Assembly: GCA_964527395.1 (NCBI GenBank)
Contig: CAZGQD010000002.1
Coordinates: forward strand, 24,245-88,244
DNA from: an uncultured Methanosarcinales archaeon
GTDB lineage: Archaea > Nanobdellota > Nanobdellia > Woesearchaeales > GW2011-AR9
Direction of reading: 5' to 3'
Length of the DNA: 64,000 nt
The notes under the pieces were generated by a model, which was not told the origin of the DNA, did no database searches, and saw only the letters and a program-made list of their open reading frames with translations. The position numbers and the translations under genes were made by a program. Below are positions 36,557-45,324 of this stretch, piece after piece (within the stretch, counting starts at the first letter, position 1; each line of letters starts with the position of its first letter).

Positions 36557-37163
36557 CCTAGTCGACCTCTTTTTTTGGCTTCCACAAAAAAATCTTTGTG
36601 TAAATACCTTAATTCATGGTAACAAAACTCTTGAGAAATACACCTCTCAACATCACCAATTGAATATATTACAATTAGAAATGTATTTTCCATTTTTAAA
36701 CATTGCGTTTTTTATAAGCCAAAACATACATTATAACAGCAAAATCACAAAATAACTAATAAAATACAACTTTTACAAAGAAAACATACAAAAATACATC
36801 TAAATATTTCAAAATAAAACTATAATTCCACAAAAAACTAATTTTATCGACGAGAAAAAACAAATAGAACAAAATAAAAAAATATTTTCAATAAATGAAA
36901 ATTAAACTTTCTGAAAAAACATAATAAAAAAATAATAAAAAACTAAATAATTTCTCAACAAAAATACAAAAAATTAACAAAAAACACAAACAAACACTAA
37001 ACTTTCATTAACTTTATAAAAAAAGCTAGTAAAAAACTAATTAATCAAACAAAATCAGCAAAAAACCACATTTATCGACGAGAAAATAAATATTAAAAAC
37101 CACAAAAAAACAAAAAATAATTCAAATAAATTAACAAAAACAAACTAAACGGGGACTAAAAAC

Positions 37164-40028
37164 ATGACATCATCAATTTGGACAGAAAAATACCGACCTC
37201 ACACTTTTGAAGAAGTTAAAGGTCAAAAAGACATTGTAGAAAAACTAAAAGCCTTTGTTAAAACAAAAGAGATGCCTCACTTACTATTCGCAGGTCCTGC
37301 AGGTGTTGGTAAAACTACAGTTTCTTTAGTAATTGCAAAAGAACTCTTCGGCGAGAACTGGCGTGCAAACACTTTAGAATTAAACGCAAGTGATGAAAGA
37401 GGTATCGACGTAGTAAGAACTAAAGTAAAAGATTTCGCGAGGACAAAAGCTTTAGGGAACATTCCTTTCAAACTAATTTATTTAGACGAGAGTGACGCTC
37501 TAACCAAAGAAGCACAACAAGCCCTACGTCGAACAATGGAGAACTACACTAGAACTGTTAGGTTCATCCTTTCTTGCGTAACTCCTGATACAAAAATAAT
37601 GCTCTCTGGAGAAAGAGAAACTATTATTGATAATTTTATTGACCAGTACGAAAAAAATCCAAAAGAAATTTTTGTTGAAAACATTTCAGACAATAGAAAA
37701 AAAACTAAAAAAGACTTAGTTTTAGCTGCTGTTAAATTACCTGCATCTTCAATAGGTAAAAAAGTACTAGAAATTTCTACTATGACTGGTAGAAAAATAA
37801 AAGTAACTAACGACCACAAATTACTAACCACAAAAGGCTGGAAAGAAGCAGGAGACATTACAAAAGAAGATGAATTATTAATTTACCCTAACTTAGAAGG
37901 GACTCCTGTAGAAGATAACTCAAAAAACATCATCAATTTAGATCATTTCGTCAATTTTATTGCTTCAACTGAAGAAAAAGACGGTCTAAAAACAATAAAT
38001 AATGCAAAAAAATTCAAAAATCTTCAATCTAAAGAGAAAGAAAAAATTATCAAAAAAATAAAAGAACTTCAAAAGATAACTAAATCAAACAAAGGGTTAA
38101 CTCCCAGAGAATTTGAAGCATATGAATTCATTAAAAATAATCCAAAAATTACTAGAAAAGACCTACAAAAGAAACTAAAAATCACTAGAATTGGTACAAA
38201 TTACCTTTTACCATCTTTAGTTAAAAAAGGCTTCATTAAAAGACATATACATAAAAAAGAACATTCATTTACTATTACTAATAAAAAACCGATTGTTCTT
38301 AGAAATGATAAAGACATTAAAAAACTCTTAGAAAAAGAATTTTCTATGAATATTTCTTACACTGCTGTTAGAAAATCAATAGACAAAAACATAAATAGAG
38401 GAAGAATTGACAGAGTAATTGGAGAATTAACTAGGAAAAAACTCCTAAACCTTACTTACAACAACATAGAAAAAATTGGAGCCCTTGCAAGAATTTGCGG
38501 ATTTATGTTAGGTGATGGACATTTAGTACACAATAGTATCAGACTCCACTTTTCAGGAAACAAAAAAGCACTAAAAGAAGTACAAAAAGACCTTGAAATC
38601 CTTGGATATTCAAAATACTCAAAAATTAAATCAATAGAATTAACCAACACAATTATGAAAAGAACATTTACTGGAACGTCAACTTCATTCACATTAGATT
38701 CTAAGGCTTTCTCCTTGCTCCTACAACATCTTGGAATAACTAAAGGAGATAAAGTAGTTACCCCATACAATACCCCTAAATTCATCAAAAATGGAACTAA
38801 ATTTGTGAAAAGAGAGTTCATTAGAGCATTATTTGCTTGTGACGCTGACAAACCAAATTGGAAAAAAATGAACTTTCAATCACTTATGCTTAGACAAAAC
38901 AAAAGTGTAGATCAAAAACAAAATATGTTAAACCATTACAATGAGTTATCTGAAATTCTCAAAGAATTTGAAATAGACAGCTATATCACAACAAGAGATA
39001 AAAAAGAAGTCAGAAAAAGAGACAACAAAGCAGTTTTAACATTTGGCCTAAACATCACTCCAAATAATAAAAATTTATTCAAATTCTTCACAAAAATAGG
39101 TTATTGTTATGAAAAATACAAAAATAACCTTGCTAGAGCATCAGGGGAATACTTAAGGCACAAGTTATTCCTAATAGAACAACAAAAACTGAAGAAAACA
39201 GCTATTTTTGAAGCTAAAAATTCTGGCCTAGGCTACAGAAAAACTGCAAAAAAACTAAATGTTAGTATTGACTTTGTTTCGAATCAACTAAAAGGAAAAG
39301 AAGCTCATCTTCCATGGAAAAGCTTCATGTCTTTTGATAAGTGGCAAGAAGAATTCAAACATAACGAATTACTCTTAAAAAATAAAATTATTGACATCAA
39401 ACCAATAGACGAAGAGTTAGTAATGGATATTACTTGCCAAAAAGACCACAATTTTGTCTCAAATGGACTTATTTCTCATAATTGTAACTATAGCAGCAAA
39501 ATATTGGATCCGATACAATCACGTTGTGCAGTTTTCAGATTCAGACCTCTTCCCGACGAAGAAATCAGAAAAGTCATCAACAAAATTGTTACAAACGAAC
39601 AAATTACAATAACTGAAGAAGCAATTGACGCACTAATTAAAATCACTGGTGGCGACTGTAGAAAACTAGAAAACGTAATGCAAAGTTGTGCAACTTTAAA
39701 CAAAAACATCGACGCAGACCTCATTTATTCTATGTCAAGTATGGCAAAACCAAAAGAAGTAAAAGACGTTTTAGAATTAGCTGCAAACCAAAACTTTCCT
39801 ATGGCAAAAAAAAAACTTTTAGACTTAACATTAAACCACGGTCTTTCTGGAACTGACATCATCAAACAAATGAGCAGCGAGATTTGGAACCTTGACATCG
39901 ACGACAAAACAAAAGTAAAACTCATCGACAAATGTGGTGAAATAGAATTCAGATTAGTAGAAGGTAGCGACGAATACGTCCAATTGGAGGCACTTTTGGC
40001 ATACACCATGCTAATTTGTTCAGAATAA
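37164..40028 (+). CDS. rfcS: replication factor C small subunit, interrupted by one intein
   Basis: Exteins carry [16 protein letters not shown] (Walker A), LDESDALT (Walker B/DEAD), and RFILS|[15 protein letters not shown] (sensor-1/SRC) once the intein is removed. The mature protein would be 318 aa. Confidence 0.95.
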   Translation: MTSSIWTEKYRPHTFEEVKGQKDIVEKLKAFVKTKEMPHLLFAGPAGVGKTTVSLVIAKELFGENWRANTLELNASDERGIDVVRTKVKDFARTKALGNIPFKLIYLDESDALTKEAQQALRRTMENYTRTVRFILSCVTPDTKIMLSGERETIIDNFIDQYEKNPKEIFVENISDNRKKTKKDLVLAAVKLPASSIGKKVLEISTMTGRKIKVTNDHKLLTTKGWKEAGDITKEDELLIYPNLEGTPVEDNSKNIINLDHFVNFIASTEEKDGLKTINNAKKFKNLQSKEKEKIIKKIKELQKITKSNKGLTPREFEAYEFIKNNPKITRKDLQKKLKITRIGTNYLLPSLVKKGFIKRHIHKKEHSFTITNKKPIVLRNDKDIKKLLEKEFSMNISYTAVRKSIDKNINRGRIDRVIGELTRKKLLNLTYNNIEKIGALARICGFMLGDGHLVHNSIRLHFSGNKKALKEVQKDLEILGYSKYSKIKSIELTNTIMKRTFTGTSTSFTLDSKAFSLLLQHLGITKGDKVVTPYNTPKFIKNGTKFVKREFIRALFACDADKPNWKKMNFQSLMLRQNKSVDQKQNMLNHYNELSEILKEFEIDSYITTRDKKEVRKRDNKAVLTFGLNITPNNKNLFKFFTKIGYCYEKYKNNLARASGEYLRHKLFLIEQQKLKKTAIFEAKNSGLGYRKTAKKLNVSIDFVSNQLKGKEAHLPWKSFMSFDKWQEEFKHNELLLKNKIIDIKPIDEELVMDITCQKDHNFVSNGLISHNCNYSSKILDPIQSRCAVFRFRPLPDEEIRKVINKIVTNEQITITEEAIDALIKITGGDCRKLENVMQSCATLNKNIDADLIYSMSSMAKPKEVKDVLELAANQNFPMAKKKLLDLTLNHGLSGTDIIKQMSSEIWNLDIDDKTKVKLIDKCGEIEFRLVEGSDEYVQLEALLAYTMLICSE
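37575..39482 (+). other. intein (636 aa) with LAGLIDADG homing endonuclease and an extra winged-HTH-like segment
   Basis: Starts with Cys ([12 protein letters not shown]). Block B is [18 protein letters not shown] motifs are [11 protein letters not shown] and [12 protein letters not shown]. It ends ...GLISHN, followed by the extein Cys (CNYSSK). An HTH-like segment [47 protein letters not shown] lies between the splicing and endonuclease parts. Confidence 0.9.
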
Positions 40029-40046
40029 ACAAACAAAAAACTTTTT

Positions 40047-40316
40047 TTATTTATATACTCCATCATGATGATCTAAATTACAAAAAACTACATAATCTTT
40101 CTCTACATCATACTCAAAGATTAGAACAAAAGAACTTTTCACATGAACTCTCTTATAATTTTGCATGGGCTTTCTTAGATTCTTATAATGATCAATATTT
40201 TCACAATCTAAAATTTCTTTAATCTTCTTCTCAACTGCTTGATGCAAAACATTATCTTTTTTAGAAATTTTTCTTAACTTCTTTTTAAGTCCATCCTTAA
40301 CACCAAATTTCTTCAT
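40047..40316 (-). CDS. RelE/ParE-family toxin
   Basis: From the ATG at 40316: MKKFGVKDGLKKKLRKISKKD...HYKNLRKPMQNYKRVHVKSSFVLIFEYDVEKDYVVFCNLDHHDGVYK, the typical RelE-fold pattern. It lies 7 nt downstream of the antitoxin gene. Confidence 0.7.
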   Translation of the reverse strand: MKKFGVKDGLKKKLRKISKKDNVLHQAVEKKIKEILDCENIDHYKNLRKPMQNYKRVHVKSSFVLIFEYDVEKDYVVFCNLDHHDGVYK

Positions 40317-40323
40317 AAATAAA

Positions 40324-40563
40324 TCACCCTTTAATATCACGAGAAAAACTTTCAAAATCTTCATAAGAGGTTACTTTTTCAGACTTTATCTTTTCCATCT
40401 TTTTTATAAATTCAGGCCTAAGTTCTGGCTCTAAAAATTCGCTTTCAAATTTATCTATCACAAAATTTACTGCATCAGATTTATTCTTAAATCCATATTT
40501 ACCTTTAACAATAGCCAAAATCCTAGATTCCCTTTCTCCCAAATTAAAAACTGAACTTACCAT
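40324..40563 (-). CDS. antitoxin partner of RelE-like toxin
   Basis: 79 aa. ILAIVKGKYGFKNKSDAVNFVIDKF resembles the small archaeal antitoxins found upstream of RelE genes. The position and spacing are typical of a TA operon. Confidence 0.6.
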   Translation of the reverse strand: MVSSVFNLGERESRILAIVKGKYGFKNKSDAVNFVIDKFESEFLEPELRPEFIKKMEKIKSEKVTSYEDFESFSRDIKG

Positions 40564-40682
40564 TTTTTTACCTTTATTTTAATATTAAACAATACATTTA
40601 GTTACAAAAAGATACGTTTAAATATAAATCTTTCTACATAAAACCAAAAAAAGAATAAAATAGCTCAATTTTTCCTTAAAAA

Positions 40683-41288
40683 ATGAAACCAATATGCATC
40701 TTCCTCTCAGGAAACAGTAAAAACTCCAACGAAACCTGGAGCAAAGAAATCATCAAGAAACTAATAGAAACAAAGCTTTTCAAAGAAGTAAAAACAATCA
40801 GATACTCTCACTGGGACCAAAACCCAACAAAAACAAATGAATCAAAAGAACCCACAACCCCACCTCGCATCAACAGATCCACAGAACTAAAAAAACTAAA
40901 ACCCCTTCTAGAAAGAATCAAAGAAGATCAAACTTACATAGTAGTAGCTAAATCAGCAGGTGTTGGCCTCATAGTAGAAACTCTAAATACAAACAAAAAC
41001 ATAAAAAAACCATTCCTTTGCATTTTCTCAGGCATCCCCATCCATAAAGACAAACATTCCAACCACGGTCTAACAAAGCACCTACCTAATTTCAATATCA
41101 AATCAATAATGATTCAGAACCCAAATGAAAGACTAATTCACCCAAAAGAGCTAGAAGAACACCTAAAAGATATCAATGTTACTAATACAACAGTGATTCT
41201 AGGCAAAGGAAATTCTCACAGCTACACTGTAGAAGAGATGGTAGATACAACTATAAAAGAATTCAACAATTACTTAAAAGAAAAATAA
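40683..41288 (+). CDS. hypothetical protein, possibly alpha/beta-hydrolase fold
   Basis: N-terminal beta-strand ICIFLSGNS and the nucleophile-elbow-like VVAKSAGVG. The functional call is weak. Confidence 0.4.
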   Translation: MKPICIFLSGNSKNSNETWSKEIIKKLIETKLFKEVKTIRYSHWDQNPTKTNESKEPTTPPRINRSTELKKLKPLLERIKEDQTYIVVAKSAGVGLIVETLNTNKNIKKPFLCIFSGIPIHKDKHSNHGLTKHLPNFNIKSIMIQNPNERLIHPKELEEHLKDINVTNTTVILGKGNSHSYTVEEMVDTTIKEFNNYLKEK

Positions 41289-41617
41289 TCTGCTTGCATG
41301 ACAAACTCTCCAGCTCTATCTGCTCCTGAACCATACCAATTGATTGCATTTCCTACTGCTACCAATTCACATTCTGAAGGAGCCAACCCAACAAAACGTT
41401 CCATTTGTTCTGGAACTAAATCACTAAAGCCTTGAACTCCTGAACCAGCAGTTGCTCCTCGTTCAAATGTTCCAGTTTCTCTCACTTTAACTAAATCATC
41501 AACAGAATAAATATCATCTCCTACAAATACTTTAGATGAATCAATTACTTTCCAATTGGTACCTTCATTTTCCTTAATTGTTGCATAAGAACCCACTAAT
41601 AAACCTGCTTTTGCCAT
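41270..41617 (-). CDS. hypothetical protein (115 aa)
   Basis: ORF only. Confidence 0.45.
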   Translation of the reverse strand: MAKAGLLVGSYATIKENEGTNWKVIDSSKVFVGDDIYSVDDLVKVRETGTFERGATAGSGVQGFSDLVPEQMERFVGLAPSECELVAVGNAINWYGSGADRAGEFVMQADYFSFK

Positions 41618-41706
41618 AAAATATCAAAAATAGCCCTTTTTTTAAAGTTTTCTTAAGGAAACGTTGGAAATATTCTATTTCCATCAACTTTCAAAACAAA
41701 AAACTC

Positions 41707-42159
41707 TCATTCAAAGCTCAAAAACTCAGATTTAACCTGCTTAAGTGAAGTCAAAGACCTAATCTTAGTAACTCCTTTCCGAGAAATCACCCTTTTCATA
41801 AACTCATAATAGGCATCCTGATCTGCACATCGAACCTTAAGCATCATCTCCCAATCCCCAGTAACTATATCTACACTTTCAATCTCAGAATGCTTAGCCA
41901 AATCCCTACCAATTCTCTCAGGATCACCATACTCATCAGGCGACAGATGCAACAAAACATAGACACAAAACCCTTCTCCAATCAACTTATGATCAAAAAC
42001 AGCTTTATAACCACGAATGGCACCCTCTTTCTCTAACTTCTTAATGTTATAATGCAAAGTAGAAGAAGATTCCTTAGTTTTCTTAGCAATCCGAGCTATT
42101 TGAGGAGTACAATAGCCCAAACGAAACAATCCAACCAGTTTAGCACGTATATCTTTCAT
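41707..42159 (-). CDS. Lrp/AsnC-family transcriptional regulator
   Basis: HTH CTPQIARIAKKTKESSSTLHYNIKKLEKEGAIRGY followed by a RAM-like domain. The start at 42159 (MKDIRAKL) is 22-31 nt after the TATA box. Confidence 0.8.
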   Translation of the reverse strand: MKDIRAKLVGLFRLGYCTPQIARIAKKTKESSSTLHYNIKKLEKEGAIRGYKAVFDHKLIGEGFCVYVLLHLSPDEYGDPERIGRDLAKHSEIESVDIVTGDWEMMLKVRCADQDAYYEFMKRVISRKGVTKIRSLTSLKQVKSEFLSFE

Positions 42160-42180
42160 AATTTTTGAATAATATCCCAC

Positions 42181-42190
42181 TATTATAAAC
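42181..42190 (-). promoter_or_regulatory. TATA box for Lrp/AsnC gene
   Basis: The - strand reads GTTTATAATA, upstream of the ATG at 42159. Confidence 0.4.
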
Positions 42191-42255
42191 TTTTCCATCA
42201 AATATTCAAATATTATTCAAAAGAATATAAATACCAAGCACAATTATCCTATTTT

Positions 42256-43182
42256 ATGGCAAAAAACACCTCAAAAACACAAGATACAAGCAATAATCCA
42301 AATAATAACCAAAATAACTCTAACTTAAACTTAGAAACTCTACCTATTTTAGACTTAGACCACCCTGGAGCTACTGATCAGATCTACAAAAAACGAAGAG
42401 AAGAGATAGCTAAATTAGCTATAGATTTCCACAAAAACCAAAATGGAACCAAAAATAACAGCAAAATAACTATCAAAAATGCTAATTACACAAAAAAAGA
42501 GCATCAATTGTGGGAAAAAATAGGGGAAAAGCTCCATGTTTTACATAAAAAGCACGCTTGTCAAATCTACAAAGACGCTTTCAAAAAACTAGATATCAGC
42601 ACAAACAAAATTCCAGAAATTGGCGAAATTAACCAAAAACTAAAACAGTTCCACAATTTCACTATCGAACCTATCCATGGTCTTGTTAGCACCAGAGCTT
42701 TCTTCAGAAAATTCAAAGACAAAACTATGCTTTCTACTCAATACATTCGGCACCACTCTAAGCCAGAGTTCACTCCAGAACCTGATGTTGTCCATGAACT
42801 TATCGGTCACATTCCTATGTTTACAAATAAACAGATTGTAGATTTCTGCCAATTAGTAGGTGAAGCTTCAGTAAATGCTACAGATAAAGAATTAGAACAA
42901 TTATCAAGACTCATGTGGTTCACTCTAGAATATGGCCTTATCAAAGAAAACAATAGTATCAAAGCTTTCGGCGCAGGCTTACTAGGTGGCATCCAAGACT
43001 GCCAGAACGCTTTCAAACATGATACAAAAAAGATCCCTTTCAACCTAAACGAAGTAATAAACACAGACTACAACTACTCTTTCGAGCAACCTTTCTTTTT
43101 CGTACTAGAATCTTTCGAACAATTGGTCCAAGAAACAAAGAATCTAATCAAAACTTTCAAACATAACCAAAAAAACAAATAA
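42256..43182 (+). CDS. phhA: aromatic amino acid hydroxylase (phenylalanine 4-monooxygenase-like)
   Basis: PEPDVVHELIGHIPMF (iron-ligand His pair), MWFTLEYGLI (ligand Glu block) and FGAGLLGG, as in biopterin-dependent hydroxylases. Confidence 0.8.
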   Translation: MAKNTSKTQDTSNNPNNNQNNSNLNLETLPILDLDHPGATDQIYKKRREEIAKLAIDFHKNQNGTKNNSKITIKNANYTKKEHQLWEKIGEKLHVLHKKHACQIYKDAFKKLDISTNKIPEIGEINQKLKQFHNFTIEPIHGLVSTRAFFRKFKDKTMLSTQYIRHHSKPEFTPEPDVVHELIGHIPMFTNKQIVDFCQLVGEASVNATDKELEQLSRLMWFTLEYGLIKENNSIKAFGAGLLGGIQDCQNAFKHDTKKIPFNLNEVINTDYNYSFEQPFFFVLESFEQLVQETKNLIKTFKHNQKNK

Positions 43183-43200
43183 CGGAGGAATTAAACAAAA

Positions 43201-43449
43201 ATGAAAAAACCAAAAGACCCATTCAAATTTGGAATACAAATGGAATGGCACAAAAAGTATGAAATATCTGAAATACTAAGACCAAATGTAGTTAGAATAG
43301 TAAGAACTAGCGATAATCCTAGAGCAACTCTTTGTACTTTACTTGGAATCTCTGGAGAAAAACCAAAAGGACAATCAGACGGAATGTGGGTAGAGCAAGA
43401 TAAAACAAATCTTTATTTAGTCTCAAAACCTCACACAGGATGGTACTAA
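43201..43449 (+). CDS. hypothetical protein (82 aa)
   Basis: GGAGG lies 12 nt upstream of the ATG, and the gene is packed between phhA-like and HD genes. No motif. Confidence 0.5.
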   Translation: MKKPKDPFKFGIQMEWHKKYEISEILRPNVVRIVRTSDNPRATLCTLLGISGEKPKGQSDGMWVEQDKTNLYLVSKPHTGWY

Positions 43450-43452
43450 AAC

Positions 43453-44049
43453 ATGTTAAACAAAAAACAACTTGAACAAATAAAAAAATTTGCAATAGAT
43501 TTAGATTGGAATCAGGCTTTTGAAGGAGCAGCAAAAGGAAATAAACACCTTTTCAGGATAGTTGGCAAAGCAAAATTGCTAGCAAAAAAAGAGAATTCAT
43601 CTCAAAAACAAAAAATCAATCTCAACATCATTGAAGCAGGTGCATGGTTACATGATTCTAATCTAGAACAAACAATCTTGGGTGATACTCTTACAAACAA
43701 AGAAAAGTTAAAAAAATTCTTTAAAAAAATTAAAATAATAAAAGAAGACCAAGAAAAAATCCTTCATTGCATTGAATCACATGATGGAAGAAAAAAAGCC
43801 AAAACAATAGAAGCAAAAATTGTTCATGACGCTGATACTTTAGAAAAAATGGGCCCATTAGGTATAATTAGGGAAACTTGGAAGCGTTGCCAAGCTGGTT
43901 GGAACACAGAAAAGATCATTGAACACTTAAAAACTCATCTCAAAAAAAGAGAATCCAAAATATACTGGTCCGTAAGTAGAAAGTGGAACTTTTCTTACGG
44001 AACTGTGTCTCGAATCCGTAACCAAGTTATAGAAAATAGTTACGGATGA
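43453..44049 (+). CDS. HD-domain phosphohydrolase
   Basis: AWLHDSN (HD), IESHDG and IVHDADTLEKMG. The last about 30 codons are encoded by the left 98-bp inverted repeat. Confidence 0.75.
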   Translation: MLNKKQLEQIKKFAIDLDWNQAFEGAAKGNKHLFRIVGKAKLLAKKENSSQKQKINLNIIEAGAWLHDSNLEQTILGDTLTNKEKLKKFFKKIKIIKEDQEKILHCIESHDGRKKAKTIEAKIVHDADTLEKMGPLGIIRETWKRCQAGWNTEKIIEHLKTHLKKRESKIYWSVSRKWNFSYGTVSRIRNQVIENSYG

Positions 44050-44056
44050 GTATATA
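43959..44056 (+). repeat. left copy of perfect 98-bp inverted repeat
   Basis: AATATACTGGTCCGTAAGTAGAAAGTGGAACTTTTCTTACGGAACTGTGTCTCGAATCCGTAACCAAGTTATAGAAAATAGTTACGGATGAGTATATA is the exact reverse complement of 54365-54462 by hand comparison. Confidence 0.95.
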
Positions 44057-44179
44057 CACAAAAACAGCAAAAAAACAAGCAAAAGAACTAAACAAAATAC
44101 TCCCAGAATTCTTTAAGACAATAGGAAAACAACTATAAAGCAAAATAACCTAAAAAACAAAGAAAAAAGAAAAAAAAAC

Positions 44180-44272
44180 TTAAGCTACAACCCCTACTAG
44201 ATAAACTCCTAGCACCATAAATAGTATATAACTAAGCCCAACTACAGTTTCATGTTTTAATCTCATCTTCAT
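44180..44272 (-). CDS. possible 30-aa single-TM peptide
   Basis: Hand translation MKMRLKHETVVGLSYILFMVLGVYLVGVVA*, preceded by GAGGTGA. Speculative. Confidence 0.3.
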   Translation of the reverse strand: MKMRLKHETVVGLSYILFMVLGVYLVGVVA

Positions 44273-44293
44273 CACCTCTTTATAAACAAATAC

Positions 44294-45226
44294 TTACTCT
44301 GCACTCTCCTTAACACGTAGCTCCTCTTGAACTAAGTCACGATAGGTGTAACTAAAAGCCATTTCAACAGACTGCTGATAAAGTGATCCTTCATCAAGTG
44401 GATCAGCCAACTTACAGATTATTTCTGCTGTACCATCAACAAGTCTAGCTTCTCCTTCTCGTCCACCACTCTTACATTCCCAATCTTCAGGGTTTTCTAT
44501 ACTAAAGCCAACTTGACTATATCTGGTATCAAACTCTTCACCCACAAGTGTAGATTCTCCTCCAGCAACATTACTTATACCGATCTTAAGCAAAATAATT
44601 CCTTTTCCACCACTATCTTCACTAACTGATGTAACTGTAATAGGAGCACCTGATACTGAATATACTTTTCCTTCATCAACTGTACATACTCTATCATCAG
44701 TAAGATCTTCTTTAAAACAAACATCATTCACAATCAGTCTTGTTTCATAGTCATAATCATAATTCACATGCCAAGTGATATCATAATACCCTGTTACATC
44801 TGCATCATATGTTGCATAATTCGAAGATGTAAAAGCCACAACTTCTTCTCCTCCTTCAGGATTATACTCTGAAATACCTTCAATTGCTTCACTGTTACTC
44901 AAATCCCAACTAGGAATGTTTGAAAAATCACTTTCTGCAGGACCAAGTAGTTCAAGTCGAACATCTCCAGCTTCCACATCATGCTCACCTTCATTATTAA
45001 TCACAACTTCAAGCGGAAAATCTTCTGTATCAAAAATGGTATAGATCCCATCTTCAAGTACACTTAACGGCTCAAATGTAACAGAAACTCCTTCACTTCC
45101 TCCCAGAAAAGCTCCTGGGCTAGTTGTGTCAGCATCACCACTGTCACCTGAACAACTAGAAAGCAAAAGCAATCCAGCAAATAAAACTACAATTAGAACA
45201 TTCTTAAACAATTTCATCATCTCCAA
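44294..45226 (-). CDS. lipoprotein, paralogue family with NxGxxD[LV] and Y.YET...VC motifs
   Basis: Lipobox LLLLSSC. VVINNEGEHDVEAGDVRL, YDYETRLIVNDVCF and GAPITVTSV...IGISNVAGGE are shared with 48650..49591 and 49623..50531. Confidence 0.7.
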   Translation of the reverse strand: MEMMKLFKNVLIVVLFAGLLLLSSCSGDSGDADTTSPGAFLGGSEGVSVTFEPLSVLEDGIYTIFDTEDFPLEVVINNEGEHDVEAGDVRLELLGPAESDFSNIPSWDLSNSEAIEGISEYNPEGGEEVVAFTSSNYATYDADVTGYYDITWHVNYDYDYETRLIVNDVCFKEDLTDDRVCTVDEGKVYSVSGAPITVTSVSEDSGGKGIILLKIGISNVAGGESTLVGEEFDTRYSQVGFSIENPEDWECKSGGREGEARLVDGTAEIICKLADPLDEGSLYQQSVEMAFSYTYRDLVQEELRVKESAE

Positions 45227-45324
45227 CCTCTTACCTATTCTTATTTATAAACAAATTATAATAATTACCTAAGAAACTAAGCCAAATTTGTATAAAAACC
45301 TGTCGGTAAAGCACTAATATTTCA

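Noticed and set aside
36201-36755. 184-aa ORF antisense to the basic repeat protein
   Set aside because: It is the mirror frame of the K/R/T repeats (Phe/Val/Leu-rich) and runs into the A-rich spacer. The basic-protein frame is preferred, but strand choice is not certain.
36557-37163. Replication origin in the 600-bp A-rich spacer next to the RFC gene
   Set aside because: No orc1/cdc6 gene is adjacent. The two 16-mers are direct rather than inverted ORB-like repeats. The + strand stays C>G on both sides, so there is no skew switch. It is kept only as a low-probability idea inside a finding.
35666-41617. Possible relationship between small - strand proteins 35666..35995 and 41270..41617 (both end in DYFS-like sequences)
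   Set aside because: Only the last 4-5 residues resemble each other, and the remainder does not align by eye.
43201-43449. 82-aa ORF after the hydroxylase as pterin-4a-carbinolamine dehydratase
   Set aside because: I could not find the conserved His-containing PCD motifs. It is left as hypothetical.
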